64,000 bases of DNA from positions 2,784,001-2,848,000 of the forward strand of contig CAUVXB020000002.1 of NCBI GenBank assembly GCA_963555825.3, given 5' to 3'. The stretch is from Alphaproteobacteria bacterium. GTDB taxonomy: Bacteria > Pseudomonadota > Alphaproteobacteria > JAAXGF01. Of the stretch, positions 1-10,935 are shown in pieces (position 1 is the first letter of the stretch; every line of letters starts with the position of its first letter). The translations under genes were made by a program, and so were the position numbers. The notes beneath the pieces were generated by a model. That model searched no databases, had not been told where the DNA came from, and saw only the letters and a list, made by a program, of their open reading frames with translations.

Positions 1-104
1 TTCATACGGCGGATCAATGACCGCATGAAACTCAACCGCGTCGGGAAGAACGAACCCATGCGTTCCAGCCGCATCACGTCGTCGGCCGGGCGCAAGGCGA
101 TCAC
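1..104 (-). CDS. 5' part of a hypothetical protein (runs off the window)
   Basis: GTG start overlaps the dipeptidase stop (GTGA); the open frame reads MIALRPADDVMRLERMGSFFPTRLSFMRSLIRRM. Confidence 0.55.
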   Translation of the reverse strand, partial: MIALRPADDVMRLERMGSFFPTRLSFMRSLIRRM

Positions 105-1087
105 GGTCCGAAGGAACTCGCGATGAATTTCAGCCAGTTTTCGCCCATGATCAAGGCGACCTCATCATTCGAGAAGCCGGCCGCCGCCAGCCCCGCCGCT
201 ATGGTCGGGAAATCACGGTTATCGCGGAACCACTCGGGTTGCGGCGGAAAGCCCGCTTGGCCGGCGCTGCCTTCGCCAAAATCCCGCTCCCGGGTCCAGC
301 GCCCGTTGCGCATCCATTCGACGATGCTGTCGGGCTGATCCTGGCACAGGTCCGAGCCGAGGCCCATATGGCCGACGCCGATCAAGTCGGCAAGCCGCGC
401 GGCCATCTCGCAGAAGCCGGACAATGTGCAATCACTTCCGTCTTTCAGATGATGGGGGTAGAGCGAGAGGCCGATCATGCCGCCCGATTGGGCAAGCGCC
501 CGCAGCACGTCGTCCGACTTGTTACGCAAGGCCGGATGCCAGAAATCCGGGTTGGCGTGGGTGATGGCGATGGGACGCTTGGAGATATCGATCGCCTCAA
601 GGGTCGAACGCTCGGCGGAATGAGACATATCGACGACCAGGCCGACCCTGTTCATTTCGCGAATTACCTGACGGCCCATGCGGGTGATGCCGGGGTCTTG
701 CGCTTCGTAACAGCCGGTCGCCAGCAGGCTCTGGTTGTTGTAGCTGAGCTGCATGAAGCGCGCGCCAAGGCCGTGGCAGATTTCCACCAGGCCGATGTCG
801 TCCTCGATGGGCGAGCAGTTCTGAAACCCGAAGATGATCGCCGTGCGCCCTTCGGCTGCCGCGCGGACCACGTCATCCGCGCAACGCCCCGGAGTGATGA
901 GATCGCCGTGGCGCTCGAACCGGCGATTCCACTCTTCGATATTGGCTACGGTTTCGCGAAAATTCTCGTGATAGCAGATCGTCACATGGACCGCGGATAC
1001 GCCGCCTTCGGCCATTTCCCGGAAAATCTTCTCCGACCAGTTGGCGTATTGGAGGCCGTCGATGATCAGCGGGCGTTCCTCTACCAT
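101..1087 (-). CDS. membrane dipeptidase family (peptidase M19, amidohydrolase fold)
   Basis: 328 aa; motifs IIDGLQY, GFQNCSPIE, VDMSH, ITHAN, HMGLGSD. Confidence 0.85.
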   Translation of the reverse strand: MVEERPLIIDGLQYANWSEKIFREMAEGGVSAVHVTICYHENFRETVANIEEWNRRFERHGDLITPGRCADDVVRAAAEGRTAIIFGFQNCSPIEDDIGLVEICHGLGARFMQLSYNNQSLLATGCYEAQDPGITRMGRQVIREMNRVGLVVDMSHSAERSTLEAIDISKRPIAITHANPDFWHPALRNKSDDVLRALAQSGGMIGLSLYPHHLKDGSDCTLSGFCEMAARLADLIGVGHMGLGSDLCQDQPDSIVEWMRNGRWTRERDFGEGSAGQAGFPPQPEWFRDNRDFPTIAAGLAAAGFSNDEVALIMGENWLKFIASSFGP

Positions 1088-1095
1088 GGCTCGGG

Positions 1096-3111
1096 TCAGG
1101 CGCGAACCCGCGTCTTGTCCGGGTCGTAGAAGGGGATGCGCACCACCGTGGCCGGGATGCGCTTCTGGTGGCCGTCGAGCTTGCCGACCTCAACTCTTTC
1201 GCCGATGTCCGCATGTTCAACGGCCATGCGGCAGAGCGCGATATTCTTCTTCAACAGGGGCGAGCGCATGCCGCTGGTCACCACCCCGACCTGGCTCCGC
1301 CCGACATGAACGCAATCGCCGTTGACCGCCGGCTCATTGCCTTCGAGTTCGAGGCCGACGAGCACCCGGCTGGGATGTTCCTTGCCCCGGATGAGCGCTT
1401 CCTTGCCGATGAAATCTTCGTCGGCCTTTGCCTTCAGCGGCACGGTGAAACCGATGCCCGCCTCGAAGGGGTCGGTCTGGTCGTCGAACTCATAGCCGGC
1501 GAAGATCAAGCCGGCCTCGATGCGCAGCATATCGAGGGCGTCGAGACCCAGGGGCGCCATGTCATGGGGCCGGCCGGCTTCCCAGACAGCGTCCCAGACG
1601 GCCCGTCCTTGGCTCGGATGGCACCACACCTCATAGCCCAACTCGCCGGTATAACCGGTGCGTGACACCAGGATCGGAATGCCGTCGAAATCGCCGATGC
1701 GGCCGATGGTGAAGCGAAACCAGCCGAGTTCCGAGACCGTGGGCTGGGTCGGCGGCGTCCACACCACCTGGCGCAGGATATCGCGGCACAATGGCCCCTG
1801 GACGGCGATGTTGTGGAGCTGCTCGGTCGAGCTTTTTATCCAGACGCGCAGGCCCATTTCCTCGGCCTGCTTGCGCAGCCAGATGCCGCTGTAATCGTCG
1901 CCACCGATCCAGCGGAAATTGTCCGCACCGAGGCGGAACACCGTGCCGTCGTCGAGCATGCCGCCGGTCTCGTTGCACATGGCGGAATAGGCTATCTGGC
2001 CGTCGGTGAGGCGGCGGACGTTGCGGGTCAGCGTGCGCTGCAACAACACCTCGGCGTCGGGACCGAGCACCTCGAACTTGCGCAGAGGCGACAAATCGGT
2101 GACCACAGCACGCTCGCGGCAGGCGTGATATTCGGCGACGGCGCCGTATTCGGTGAAGCTGGTCGGCAGCCAGAAGCCGCGATACTCGGTAAAGTCGCGG
2201 GTGAGCGCCGATGTCCGCGCATGGAACGCGGTCTCACGGGTGAGTTGGGGTTCTGCGTCTGGGGTCATTCTGTAAGCCACTGCTTTCGAGAAGACGTTTT
2301 TCGCGGGGTACACCCGCAGGTGAATATCGGTCGGGTTCCAACCATTGGCCGCGTCGATGTCGCAGGGACAGGCCGACGAGACGCAGACCAGATCGGTGAG
2401 CGCCCGCATGAGGATGTAATCGCCGGGCCGCGACCAGGGCTCGTCGAAAGACAGCACGTTGGTCGCCCCATCAACGGCGGTATTATAGAAGAAATTGGCC
2501 GCTACCCAGCCCTTTCGCGCGGCGATGTCATAGGACGCCAGCACGGTATTGAAATTATCCGAGCAGTTGACGTGGCCGGGATAGCCCCTGTCGTCGTAGT
2601 ATTTGGCGGTGCAGGCCAGCCCGAAGGTGTCGTGGCGGCCAACCGTGTCGCGGATGACCTCGACCAGGGGCCGCTCATCCACATCGAAATACTTCGAATA
2701 GAGGCCGGGTCCGGGATAGAGTCGTGGTCGGGTCGATGTCGCGTATCACGCCGCGGTCGAGGTCGCGCCGATGAAAAGCCTGGAAGTCCGAACATTCCCG
2801 GCCCTCCACGTCGATAACCTGAATAAACTCACCGGCCTTGACCTCATAGGCCTGGGGGGTGGCCTTGGAAATCCTGAAGTCGAGGCGGGCGTCCGCCAGG
2901 GGCGGCGGCAGGGGAAATTCGATTTGCGGATCGATGCGGGCGCGCGTCACCGTGACGGCAATCTCCGTCGGCGGATCCTGGGCGTCCACGGCCATCGGCC
3001 CGCCGGGGGCGGCGACGATGCAGATCGCGTCGCGGTGGGCGGTGAGAGTTACGGCTTCGCCGGCCAGGGAACCATCGCCGAAGAAGACGGCGACCTTCAA
3101 GTCTTGCCGAT
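1096..3111 (-). pseudogene. DUF1989 + GcvT aminomethyltransferase (TMAO demethylase Tdm-like), frameshifted and 5'-truncated
   Basis: RHDTFGLAC..GHVNCSDNF..SACPCD followed by GcvT motifs (SRTGYTGELGYE, LRIEAG). The frame changes near 2720 between DIDPTTT and YPGPGLYSKYF. The 5' end is cut by an IS21 end at 3112. Confidence 0.8.
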
Positions 3112-3287
3112 TGTCAATGGCGGAGCAAAAAGGGACCACCTCGGCGGTGTAAGAAGGGACCGCTTGGCGGCTGCGGGCTTGTCCCCGTAGTCCACGGGAG
3201 GGCCCCGCGCGCGACGCGGCGTGCCCTCAACAGGCTGACGCGGCGGCGCGCGCGGGAGGGACCTGTGGGCCCACGGGGTCAAGCGTG
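3112..3287 (-). mobile_element. isolated IS21 right end
   Basis: TGTCAATGGCGGAGCAAAAAGGGACCA... identical to the IS21 ends at 34881 and 52675; cut by IS256. Confidence 0.9.
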
Positions 3288-4662
3288 GAGCTATAACCGA
3301 ATCTTGTGTACGGCGTTGAAATGAAGGCGGCGTATCCTGGTGATTGTTGATGTCACCACTTGAGCTAAGCCAAGGAAGGATACGCCATGAAAGAGAATAC
3401 CGTTGTTGCTTTTCAAAACCCATCTGATTTTCAGAAAGATCCGTTGACGGAAGTCCTACAAGCTGGAGCTCGCGAGTTGTTGGCCCAAGCCGTTGAGGCC
3501 GAGGTCTCCGTGTTTTTGGGTAGCCATGCGGCGCTTGTTGACGCCGCCGGCCGCCGCCGGGTTGTCCGCAATGGATATCTGCCGGAACGCTTCATCCAGA
3601 CCGGGATCGGCCCGGTGAGCGTGCGCCAACCCCGTGTGCGGGACCGGGGGGACGGCGCCATCCGCTTCACGTCGGCGATCCTGCCGCGCTATCTGCGCCG
3701 CGCCAAGAGCCTGGAAGACCTTTTGCCATGGCTGTATCTGAAGGGCATTTCCACCGGCGACTTCGGGGAAGCCTTGGCGGCGCTCCTGGGGAGCTCCGCG
3801 CCGGGGCTTTCGGCCTCCACGATCACCCGGCTGAAAGAGGTCTGGGGGGTTGAGGCGGAGCGCTGGCAACGGCGCGACCTCACGGCCAAGCGCTACGTCT
3901 ATTTCTGGGTGGACGGCATCTATTTCAGCGCCCGCATGGAGGAAGAGAAGCAGTGCATCCTGGTGATCGTCGGGGCCACGGACAAGGGACAGAAGGAACT
4001 GATCGCCATCGCCGACGGCTATCGCGAAAGTGAGCAGTCCTGGCTCGAAGTTCTGCTCGATCTCAAGCGGCGCGGCCTTGAAATGGGTCCGCAACTGGCG
4101 CTCGGCGACGGCGCGCTCGGCTTCTGGAAGGCGCTCCGCCAAGTCTACCCAGGCGCCCGCGAGCAACGCTGCTGGGTTCACAAGACGGGCAACGTCTTGA
4201 ACAAGCTGCCCAAGGGTCTGCAAAAGAAAGCCAAGGGGCGCCTGCAAGACATCTGGATGGCCGAAACCAGGAAGGATGCCGAGAGCGCCTTCGACTTCTT
4301 CCTGGAAGCCTACGGGCCGAAGTACGACAAGGCCGCGGCCTGCCTGGCCAAGGACCGCGACGTCCTGCTGACGTTCTACGACTTCCCCGCCGAGCACTGG
4401 AAGCATGTACGCACGACCAACCCCATCGAGAGCACGTTCGCCACGGTTCGTCTGCGCACCTACCGGACCAAGGGCTGCCTGTCGCGCAAGACGGCGATGG
4501 CCATGGTCTTCAAACTATGCCAGTGCGCTCAGAGAAAATGGAGAAAACTCGATGGATCGAACCATCTCGCCGAGATCATTCGCGGCGTCAAATTCGTAGA
4601 TGGAGAACGCCAGGATCGCGCCGCCGCATGATCAGCCCATACACAACTTTTGACAATAGCTC
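3288..4662 (+). mobile_element. IS256-family element A, copy 1 (transposase 3387-4631)
   Basis: Mutator-type DDE ORF (RNGY, WVDGIY, QRCWVHK, TTNPIES); IRL GAGCTATAACCGAATCTTGTGTACGG and IRR(rc) GAGCTATTGTCAAAAGTTGTGTATGG. Confidence 0.95.
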
Positions 4663-4805
4663 CTGCCCATCCTCCGAAATGCTCTCCAGGAACACTTGAG
4701 AAAGGCTCAGGCCGACAGTGCCATTGAAACCATCATGAAGGCAGCATAGCATCATCAACCAGCGACGCCTGCCCCACGAATTTCAACAGAGATAGGGACA
4801 TCGCC
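4663..4805 (+). mobile_element. 3' remnant of a second IS256 type (related to 20658-22108)
   Basis: Reads LPILRNALQEHLRKAQADSAIETIMKAA*, like the C-terminus of 20714-22012; ends TTTCAACAGAGATAGGGACATCGCC. Confidence 0.7.
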
Positions 4806-5070
4806 TCGGGCAGGGGCCGCTACCGTCGGCGTATGACGCCAATTTCTTTCAAGCGACATCGTTTTTCGCCAGAGATCATCCAGCATGCGGTCTGGCTCTA
4901 TGCTCGGTTCACGCTGTCATTTCGCGATGTCGAGGACCTGCTGGCCGAGCGCGGTATCGATGTCTCGAACGAGACGGTGCGACGCTGGTTTCTGAAATTC
5001 GGGCGCCTGATCTCAGGCAATCTTCGCCGCAGCCGTCCACGTGCCAGTGCTCGTTGGCACCTTGACGAAA

Positions 5071-6954
5071 GTGCGCCACGAAGGCGCGAAGGAGGAGCCA
5101 TGAGTTAGGCAAGTCCTAAGCAGCCATGCTGCACAGGAGATGAGGGTATGGCCCCTCGAAGCCGGCTTGCAGGAGCAGGCTTCAAACCGCCTCAAGCTGC
5201 TAGCGAGTCGTAAAGAGCGTGGTGGTGAGCGTTGAGGAAAAGGTTGGACGAGATCCGGTCAGGTGAGGTCCAAGGAGACGAGCGCAAGCGAACCGCTGAT
5301 GACGTGTCGAAAAGTGCAAAGAAGTCGTCAAAACCGGGTGGGTTTCGTTAGCCCGGGAGAAGTCTGGGAGATAGCCTGCTTACTGCCCAGATGGCGTCCG
5401 GCATAAAGGCGGCGTGACCTTGGTTCAGGCTCTTGTGTGGAACGTGGGAACCTGTCGCCCCGATGCAAAGGGAGAAGTCCAAGTGGAAGCCCCACGAGAC
5501 GAGCGTACCGATGCGGGGCACAGGGACGGAGTTGCGCGTAGTAGTGAAGAAGGCTCTGTAATGGAGCTGGAGCGAAGGCGCGACACTGTTCAGCTTTATC
5601 GAGAGGTCAACCGCAATGCGGGAGGAACCTTTGGCTAAAGCAAAGCCGTTCGATATTCCCAAGCCTGCGGTTTGGGAGGCTTATCAACGGGTGAAGGCGA
5701 ACCGGTGCAGCCGGAGTCGATGACCAGTCGATCGAAGCCTTTGATCAGGATGTGAAGAACAACCTTTTCAAGCTATGGAACCGACTGTCATCGGGCAGCT
5801 ACTTTCCTCCGCCGGTAAAGCGGGTAGCGATCAAGAAGCGCAATGGCGGTTCGGGGCCGTTAGGAATCCCAACGGTCTCAGACCGCATTGCGCAAGGCGT
5901 GGTGAAGGCGTACCTGGAACCAGAATTGGAAAGGTATTTCCACTCGGATTCCTATGGGTATCGGCCTGGCAAGTCGGCACTAGAGGCCGTGGGCGTGGCG
6001 CGGCAGCGATGCTGGCGCTATGACTGGGTCCTCGATCTCGACATCCAGGCGTTTTTCGACACCATTCCGCACGATCTGCTGCTCCGGGCGGTGCGAAAGC
6101 ACACCGACTGCAAGTGGGTGCCGTTGTTACATCGAGCGGTGGCTGACGGCCCCCGTGCGGCTGGAGGACGGCACCCTGGAGCCTCGGGAGAAGGGGACCC
6201 CGCAGGGTTCAGTTGTTTCGCCCCTGCTGGCGAACCTCTTCTTGCACTACGCGTTCGATCGGTGGATGGCTCAGCACCATCCTGACATTCCGTTCGAACG
6301 CTTTGCCGACGATGCCGTTTGTCACTGCAGCAGCGAGCTTCAAGCTCGAAGGTTGCAGGCGGATCTCAAGCGACGGTTTGCTGAGTGTGGACTGACGTTA
6401 CACCCAAGCAAGACGCAGATCGTGTATTGCAAGGATAACGTCCGACGAGGGCACTACCCGATCCAGAAGTTCGACTTTCTCGGCTATACGTTCCGGCCGA
6501 GACTGTCGATGAACCGATGGGGCAAGACCTTCGTCAACTTCAGTCCGGGTATCAGCAATCAGGCCGCCAAAGCGATCCGTCAGACCATTCGAGAGTGGCA
6601 GCTCAGCTGTCGTATCGACAAACGTCTCGATGACCTAGCGCGGATGTTCAACCCGATCATTCGGGGTTGGATCACCTACTATGGCCGTTACCACAAATCG
6701 GCACTTTACCCAGCGTTAAGACACCTCGACCTCTGCCTGGCACGCTGGGCGATGTCGAAATATCGACGCTTGAAGCGGCACCGTTGACGCGCACGGCACT
6801 GGCTCCGAGAGATAAGTCTCCGGGATCCGGCGTTATTTGCGCATTGGCGATTGCTGCATCGGGCACCGGCTGGACAGTAGGAGCCGGATGAGTGGAGACG
6901 CTCACGTCCGGATCTGTGAGAGCCTGGGGGTGAAATTCCCCCGGGCCACTCGAC
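5071..6954 (+). mobile_element. group II intron (RmInt1/class D-like)
   Basis: 5' GTGCG at 5071; domain V GAGCCGGATGAGTGGAGACGCTCACGTCCGGATC at 6881-6914; 3' end ..CGAC at 6954; EBS1 TTTCGT (5343-5348) complementary to exon end ACGAAA (5065-5070). Confidence 0.93.
5630..6880 (+). pseudogene. intron-encoded reverse transcriptase/maturase, disrupted
   Basis: PLGIPTVSDRIAQ, SYGYRP, DLDIQAFFD, GTPQG, RFADD, FDFLGY; frameshifts near 5705 and 6120-6130, premature TGA at 6785-6787. Confidence 0.88.
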
Positions 6955-7463
6955 TGGTCATCAGGATCCGCGGCCGAAGACATTGGCTGTGGCGGGCGGT
7001 CGACGACGAAGGTGAAGTTCTCGACTTCCTGGTCCAGCCACGACGCTGCGCCCGATCGGCGCAGAGGTTGCTGCGGAAGCTGCTGAAGAAGCAGGGCTTT
7101 GCGCCGAAGCGCATTACCACGGACAAGCTCAAATCCTACGCTGTTGCGATCCGCAAAGAGCGACTTACCGCTATTCACGATCAGGGATTGCGGGCGAACA
7201 ATCGAGCCGAGAATTCACACCAGCCGGTACGTCGACGCGAACGAAAACAACAGCGGTTCAATTCACCGGGATACGCCCAACGGTTCCTTTCAATCCACGC
7301 CGCCGTCTACAACGCTTTCTACGTCCGGCGCCATCTTTTACCCCGCCGCATTTTCAAGGCGTTTCGAGCCGAGACGTTCGCTGTCTGGAATCAAGGCTGG
7401 TGTGCTGCCTGATCCAGATCACGATCCAATTGTGCTGAACGCGGCAGTTAACGTGTCAATGCC

Positions 7464-7533
7464 AGCCAGTTACAATGCGAGCGGTTCCGAGTCACGATCA
7501 ACTCGCCGATAAGGTGTCCAAATGGGAAATCTC
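7464..7533 (+). repeat. ~70-bp repeat, copy 1, containing a tyrosine-recombinase-like (dif/lox-like) core
   Basis: Near-identical inverted copy at 46511-46581; core CTCGCCGATAA-GGTGTCCA-(T)AATGGGAAAT. Confidence 0.75.
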
Positions 7534-7763
7534 GGCTTTACAAAGCCGAGGTCATTCACCGGCGCGGGCCGTGGCGCTCGTTCGAGGCCGTCGAGATCGC
7601 TACTCTGGAATGGGTGGATTGGTTCAACAACCGGCGGCTCCTGGAGCCCATCGGAAACATCCCGCCGGCCGAAGCCGAGGAACGCCACTACGCCATGCTG
7701 GAGCAGTCAGACATGGCGGCGTGACTCAAACAAAATGGCCTCCGCCAAACCCGGCGCGGTTCA
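7534..7763 (+). mobile_element. IS3-family 3' remnant
   Basis: GLYKAEVIHRRGPWRSFEAVEIATLEWVDWFNNRRLLEPIGNIPPAEAE..*; end ..AAACCCGGCGCGGTTCA. Confidence 0.85.
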
Positions 7764-7790
7764 GACAACTGAAACGGAAAGACGACCAAT

Positions 7791-8591
7791 ATGGAAGAGA
7801 TTTCCCGGCCCGGCTTTAGGTACTTCTTCGCATGGCGCCGTGCGGTTCTTGCGCTGTTGATTTCTCCGGTTCTCGCTAGCGCCGGTCCCGCAAACGCCGG
7901 GAGCGCTGATGCCGCCTTCGATTGGGCGGAAACCTACGCGGGCGTCTTTGCCGGTTCCGGCCGGGCAGACAACCGGATCGTCGATGCGGAGGGCTTTGCG
8001 AACTGGGGCAATCCCGGCTGGGCAGTCGATTACGGCGATGCCGGGTTCATCGGTGGCGCGCTGGTCGGAAAGAAGTTCGAGGTCGGCAACGTGCCGCTCA
8101 GGATCGAGCTTGACGGCACGTTCGGCAGCTTGTCGGCGACATCGAACAGGCTCGATCCGGAGGGCCTGGACGAGACGGTGAAGTCGGAGTTCAGGTGGAT
8201 TGCAACGGCGCGCGCCGGGATCGAGCAGGCCGTCGGCCCGGCGACCGTATTCGCCTCCGGCGGGCTGGCAGCCGCGCGGATCGTCAATTCGGTGACCGAC
8301 ATCGATTTTGGCCCGGACATGCCGTCGCGGATAGACCCCGACGATTCCTTTCGCGACAGCTCGACGGAATTCGGTTGGGTGATCGGTCTCGGTGTCGAAA
8401 CCCTGCTGGCCGATGCCTGGGCACTGCGGCTCGAGGGCTCGTACCTGGATTTCGGGTGGAGTACCCATTACGTGAACCGCTCCGGCGATGGCCGTTGCGG
8501 GCCCGGAAATCCTCGCAGACCGTGCCCATACAATGTCGAGAACAAGCTTGGCATCGTGCGCCTGGCAATCATCTACCATTTCGGCCTGTAG
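7791..8591 (+). CDS. outer membrane beta-barrel protein (Omp25/RopB-like)
   Basis: Signal-like N-terminus; DWAETYAG, ATARAG, GWVIGLGVE, LRLEGSYLDFG, near-terminal YHF. Confidence 0.75.
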   Translation: MEEISRPGFRYFFAWRRAVLALLISPVLASAGPANAGSADAAFDWAETYAGVFAGSGRADNRIVDAEGFANWGNPGWAVDYGDAGFIGGALVGKKFEVGNVPLRIELDGTFGSLSATSNRLDPEGLDETVKSEFRWIATARAGIEQAVGPATVFASGGLAAARIVNSVTDIDFGPDMPSRIDPDDSFRDSSTEFGWVIGLGVETLLADAWALRLEGSYLDFGWSTHYVNRSGDGRCGPGNPRRPCPYNVENKLGIVRLAIIYHFGL

Positions 8592-9088
8592 CGGACACCC
8601 GGCGAGCCGCTTTGAGAAACCCGCAAGTCAAGAACCCACAGTATGCGCGCGGCGGCATCCCACCACCTGACGACGGGCGCGCAGCCGACTCTGCGACGCA
8701 ATCGAGAGCCGAGGCAGCCGCGCCGGAATCCGCGCTCAAGTAACAAAGGTTGATCAAAGCGGTAGGGGCCAAGCGCTTTAGGATCGCCGCTCGTGACTCC
8801 ACTGCATGGATGTCCTTCGAGAAGAAGGGCGTCGATTTCATCACCATGCCCACCCTTCCGCTCGGTCCCGCCAGCTCAGTTGCGGTTGCGAGAAAAGCCT
8901 GATCGGGACTCCGGCGGGGGCGTAACGTTTCACCCCCGTCACCGCGCCGCCTCTGTTTGCTATGCAGCTTGCTAACGAACGTCCGAGGCGGATTCCCACA
9001 TTACGTACGTGCATTAGCGCCATGTTCCGGGGAAATTCCGCGCCGGGGAGCTGATCTTCGTATTGAATGCTTGTCTTGATATTGAGCT

Positions 9089-9628
9089 TCATGTGTCAGG
9101 CTGGAAATAGGCATCCGGCACGACAATGCGTCGCCGTGACCCGTAGCGCAAACACATGGTCACGGTTGTATCCCGACGCGGGGGGCGATCGCACCGCCAT
9201 TGGCTCGGCTCCGTCGTGCCGCGTACAGCCGCGATACCCTTAAGCAACGCCTGTGCGCCGGCGACCTGCGCGCCCATCGCATGAACACGTGAGCGCAGCC
9301 CCGCGTCGGAGGTGCGATACCCTTAAGACCAGCGCTGTCGTGCGATCTGGAAGTGCACCCACCAGCTCCACGATGCGGTCGTCCGCGCTATCCCGGCCGC
9401 CGTGACCGGCGTGAACCACGGTAAGGCACTCCCGCGACGGTGCCGTGTCTCGCGGCCCCGGCCCATCGAACACGATCGTCCATACACCCCCCGGCTGCGT
9501 GCCAGCAGGGCGATCTCGGCGGCGATCCGTCGCGCGGCGCCGCCGCGGTCGCGCCACCAACCATCCGCACGCGACCCCATCACATTATTGCCATCCACGA
9601 ACACCCGGGGCTGCATCGCTTGGTTCAT
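9089..9628 (-). pseudogene. NYN/PIN-like ribonuclease (YacP-like), two frameshifts
   Basis: VFVDGNNVMG, TIVFDG..SADDRIV and TSDAGLRSRV..GAQV lie in successive frames; the first shift is at the C6 run near 9490. Confidence 0.7.
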
Positions 9629-9665
9629 GTTGTCTTGCCGTTGCCCTCGTGCTGGCTGATATCAG

Positions 9666-10352
9666 CTAATACGGCACACCGACGGCCTGCGACAGGAACC
9701 CAACGAATGCCGAGCCCTTGCGCGCGATTGCGGTGAAGCGGTTTAGGAAATCGGGCCGGCTTGCATCGGCCTCCGAAAAGCTGGTGATTGCGACATAATC
9801 CTTGCGTTTGAGATCTTCCATCAACGGATGCTCAGGGTCGTAACCACGGGGTGGGCGCTTGAGAGACTCACCCATCAACTCGAAGGTTTCACGGAAAGCT
9901 TTGGCGGTTGTGATGCGCCTCCACTCGTCTGGCCGGTCGATGATCGCGCTGCGTATTCTACCAAGCGTATGGTTGTCTGGGTGCCAGATTCCGCAACCGG
10001 CAAAACAAGTTCCAGGCTCAAGGTGGAGATAGAAGCCCGGCGCATGGGCATCCTTGCCGGCAGCATGGCGGAAATGAGCGCCCACATTGGTCTTGTAGGG
10101 CGTCTTGTCCTTGGAGAATCGGGTATCGCGATAAATCCGGAACAGCGAACCGCCGTTGGCCCGCGGATCGGCAAGAAAATGCGGGCTTATCTTCTTCAGC
10201 GGCTGCGCAAAAGCCACGATGAAATCAAGCACGGGATCACGCACCTCGGTCCTGTAACGTTCCTTGTTCGCCTCGAACCATTGCCGCTCATTGCTGGCCT
10301 TGAGGTCGCGCAGAAACTCGAAGAGCGCAGGCGTTATCGGGTGTGACGTCAT
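9666..10352 (-). CDS. DUF2461 (TIGR02453) family protein
   Basis: FLRDLKASNERQWFEANKERY, FRIYRDTRFSKDKTPYK, GFYLHLEPG, LKRPPRGY. Confidence 0.9.
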   Translation of the reverse strand: MTSHPITPALFEFLRDLKASNERQWFEANKERYRTEVRDPVLDFIVAFAQPLKKISPHFLADPRANGGSLFRIYRDTRFSKDKTPYKTNVGAHFRHAAGKDAHAPGFYLHLEPGTCFAGCGIWHPDNHTLGRIRSAIIDRPDEWRRITTAKAFRETFELMGESLKRPPRGYDPEHPLMEDLKRKDYVAITSFSEADASRPDFLNRFTAIARKGSAFVGFLSQAVGVPY

Positions 10353-10544
10353 CCTCTCGAAACCAGCGCGATTCGATCCGGAGCCATGGGGGTGACGGCA
10401 CTCCCCGCAGGCCCTGATCCACCTTTGCGGCACGCCATCGCCAATCCGATCTCACGCAGGTTCGCACCGCTGGTGCGCAAACCGGTCACGGCGCCTCCGG
10501 CCCGGGCATAGCTGCCGTCCCTTCTTGGCGAGGCGGGTCCAACT

Positions 10545-10862
10545 CTATTCTTGAAGACGGGGCGAATGCTTCTTTTGCCTTTCATTCTTGTATACGATGA
10601 AGCCCGATGCGCCCTTGCCTTTGGCGCGGCGCAGTGTGTAACCATGATTGCCGAGATTGAACCTCGGGTCATTCTCAAAGCCTGCGAGAGTCTCGACGAT
10701 CTTCATCGCCACAGGATCGGGTTTTTCTTTGGCTTGTGAGGTTGCCTCGCGCTCCAGCCACTTTGCGAAGACTTCTTCGGCGAGCTCGTCACCGACAGAT
10801 TTCCGAAGCGTGTTCAATTTTCTCACCAAACCTTTGGTGAGCCCGGTTTCATCGATAGCCAT
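10545..10862 (-). CDS. hypothetical protein, 105 aa
   Basis: Purine-rich RBS upstream and protein-like composition; no family recognised. Confidence 0.6.
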   Translation of the reverse strand: MAIDETGLTKGLVRKLNTLRKSVGDELAEEVFAKWLEREATSQAKEKPDPVAMKIVETLAGFENDPRFNLGNHGYTLRRAKGKGASGFIVYKNERQKKHSPRLQE

Positions 10863-10935
10863 TTCCTATACCTCTCGTTTCCAGACGCCCGCGGCACCAT
10901 ATATTGCCGTAAACGTCTACCCACTGCCGCGCCAG

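Larger units (their letters stand above)
4806..7463 (+). mobile_element. IS6-family element, transposase (4833-5070 + 6955-7412) split by a group II intron
   Basis: MTPISFKRHRF..WHLDE joins MVIRIRGRRHWLWRAVD..TDKL..NNRAENSH after intron removal; right IR ..GTTAACGTGTCAATGCC at 7463; left IR missing. Confidence 0.9.

Noticed and set aside
8569-9092. Short minus-strand ORFs between the OMP and NYN genes
   Set aside because: No recognisable motifs; may be a decayed gene but cannot be supported.
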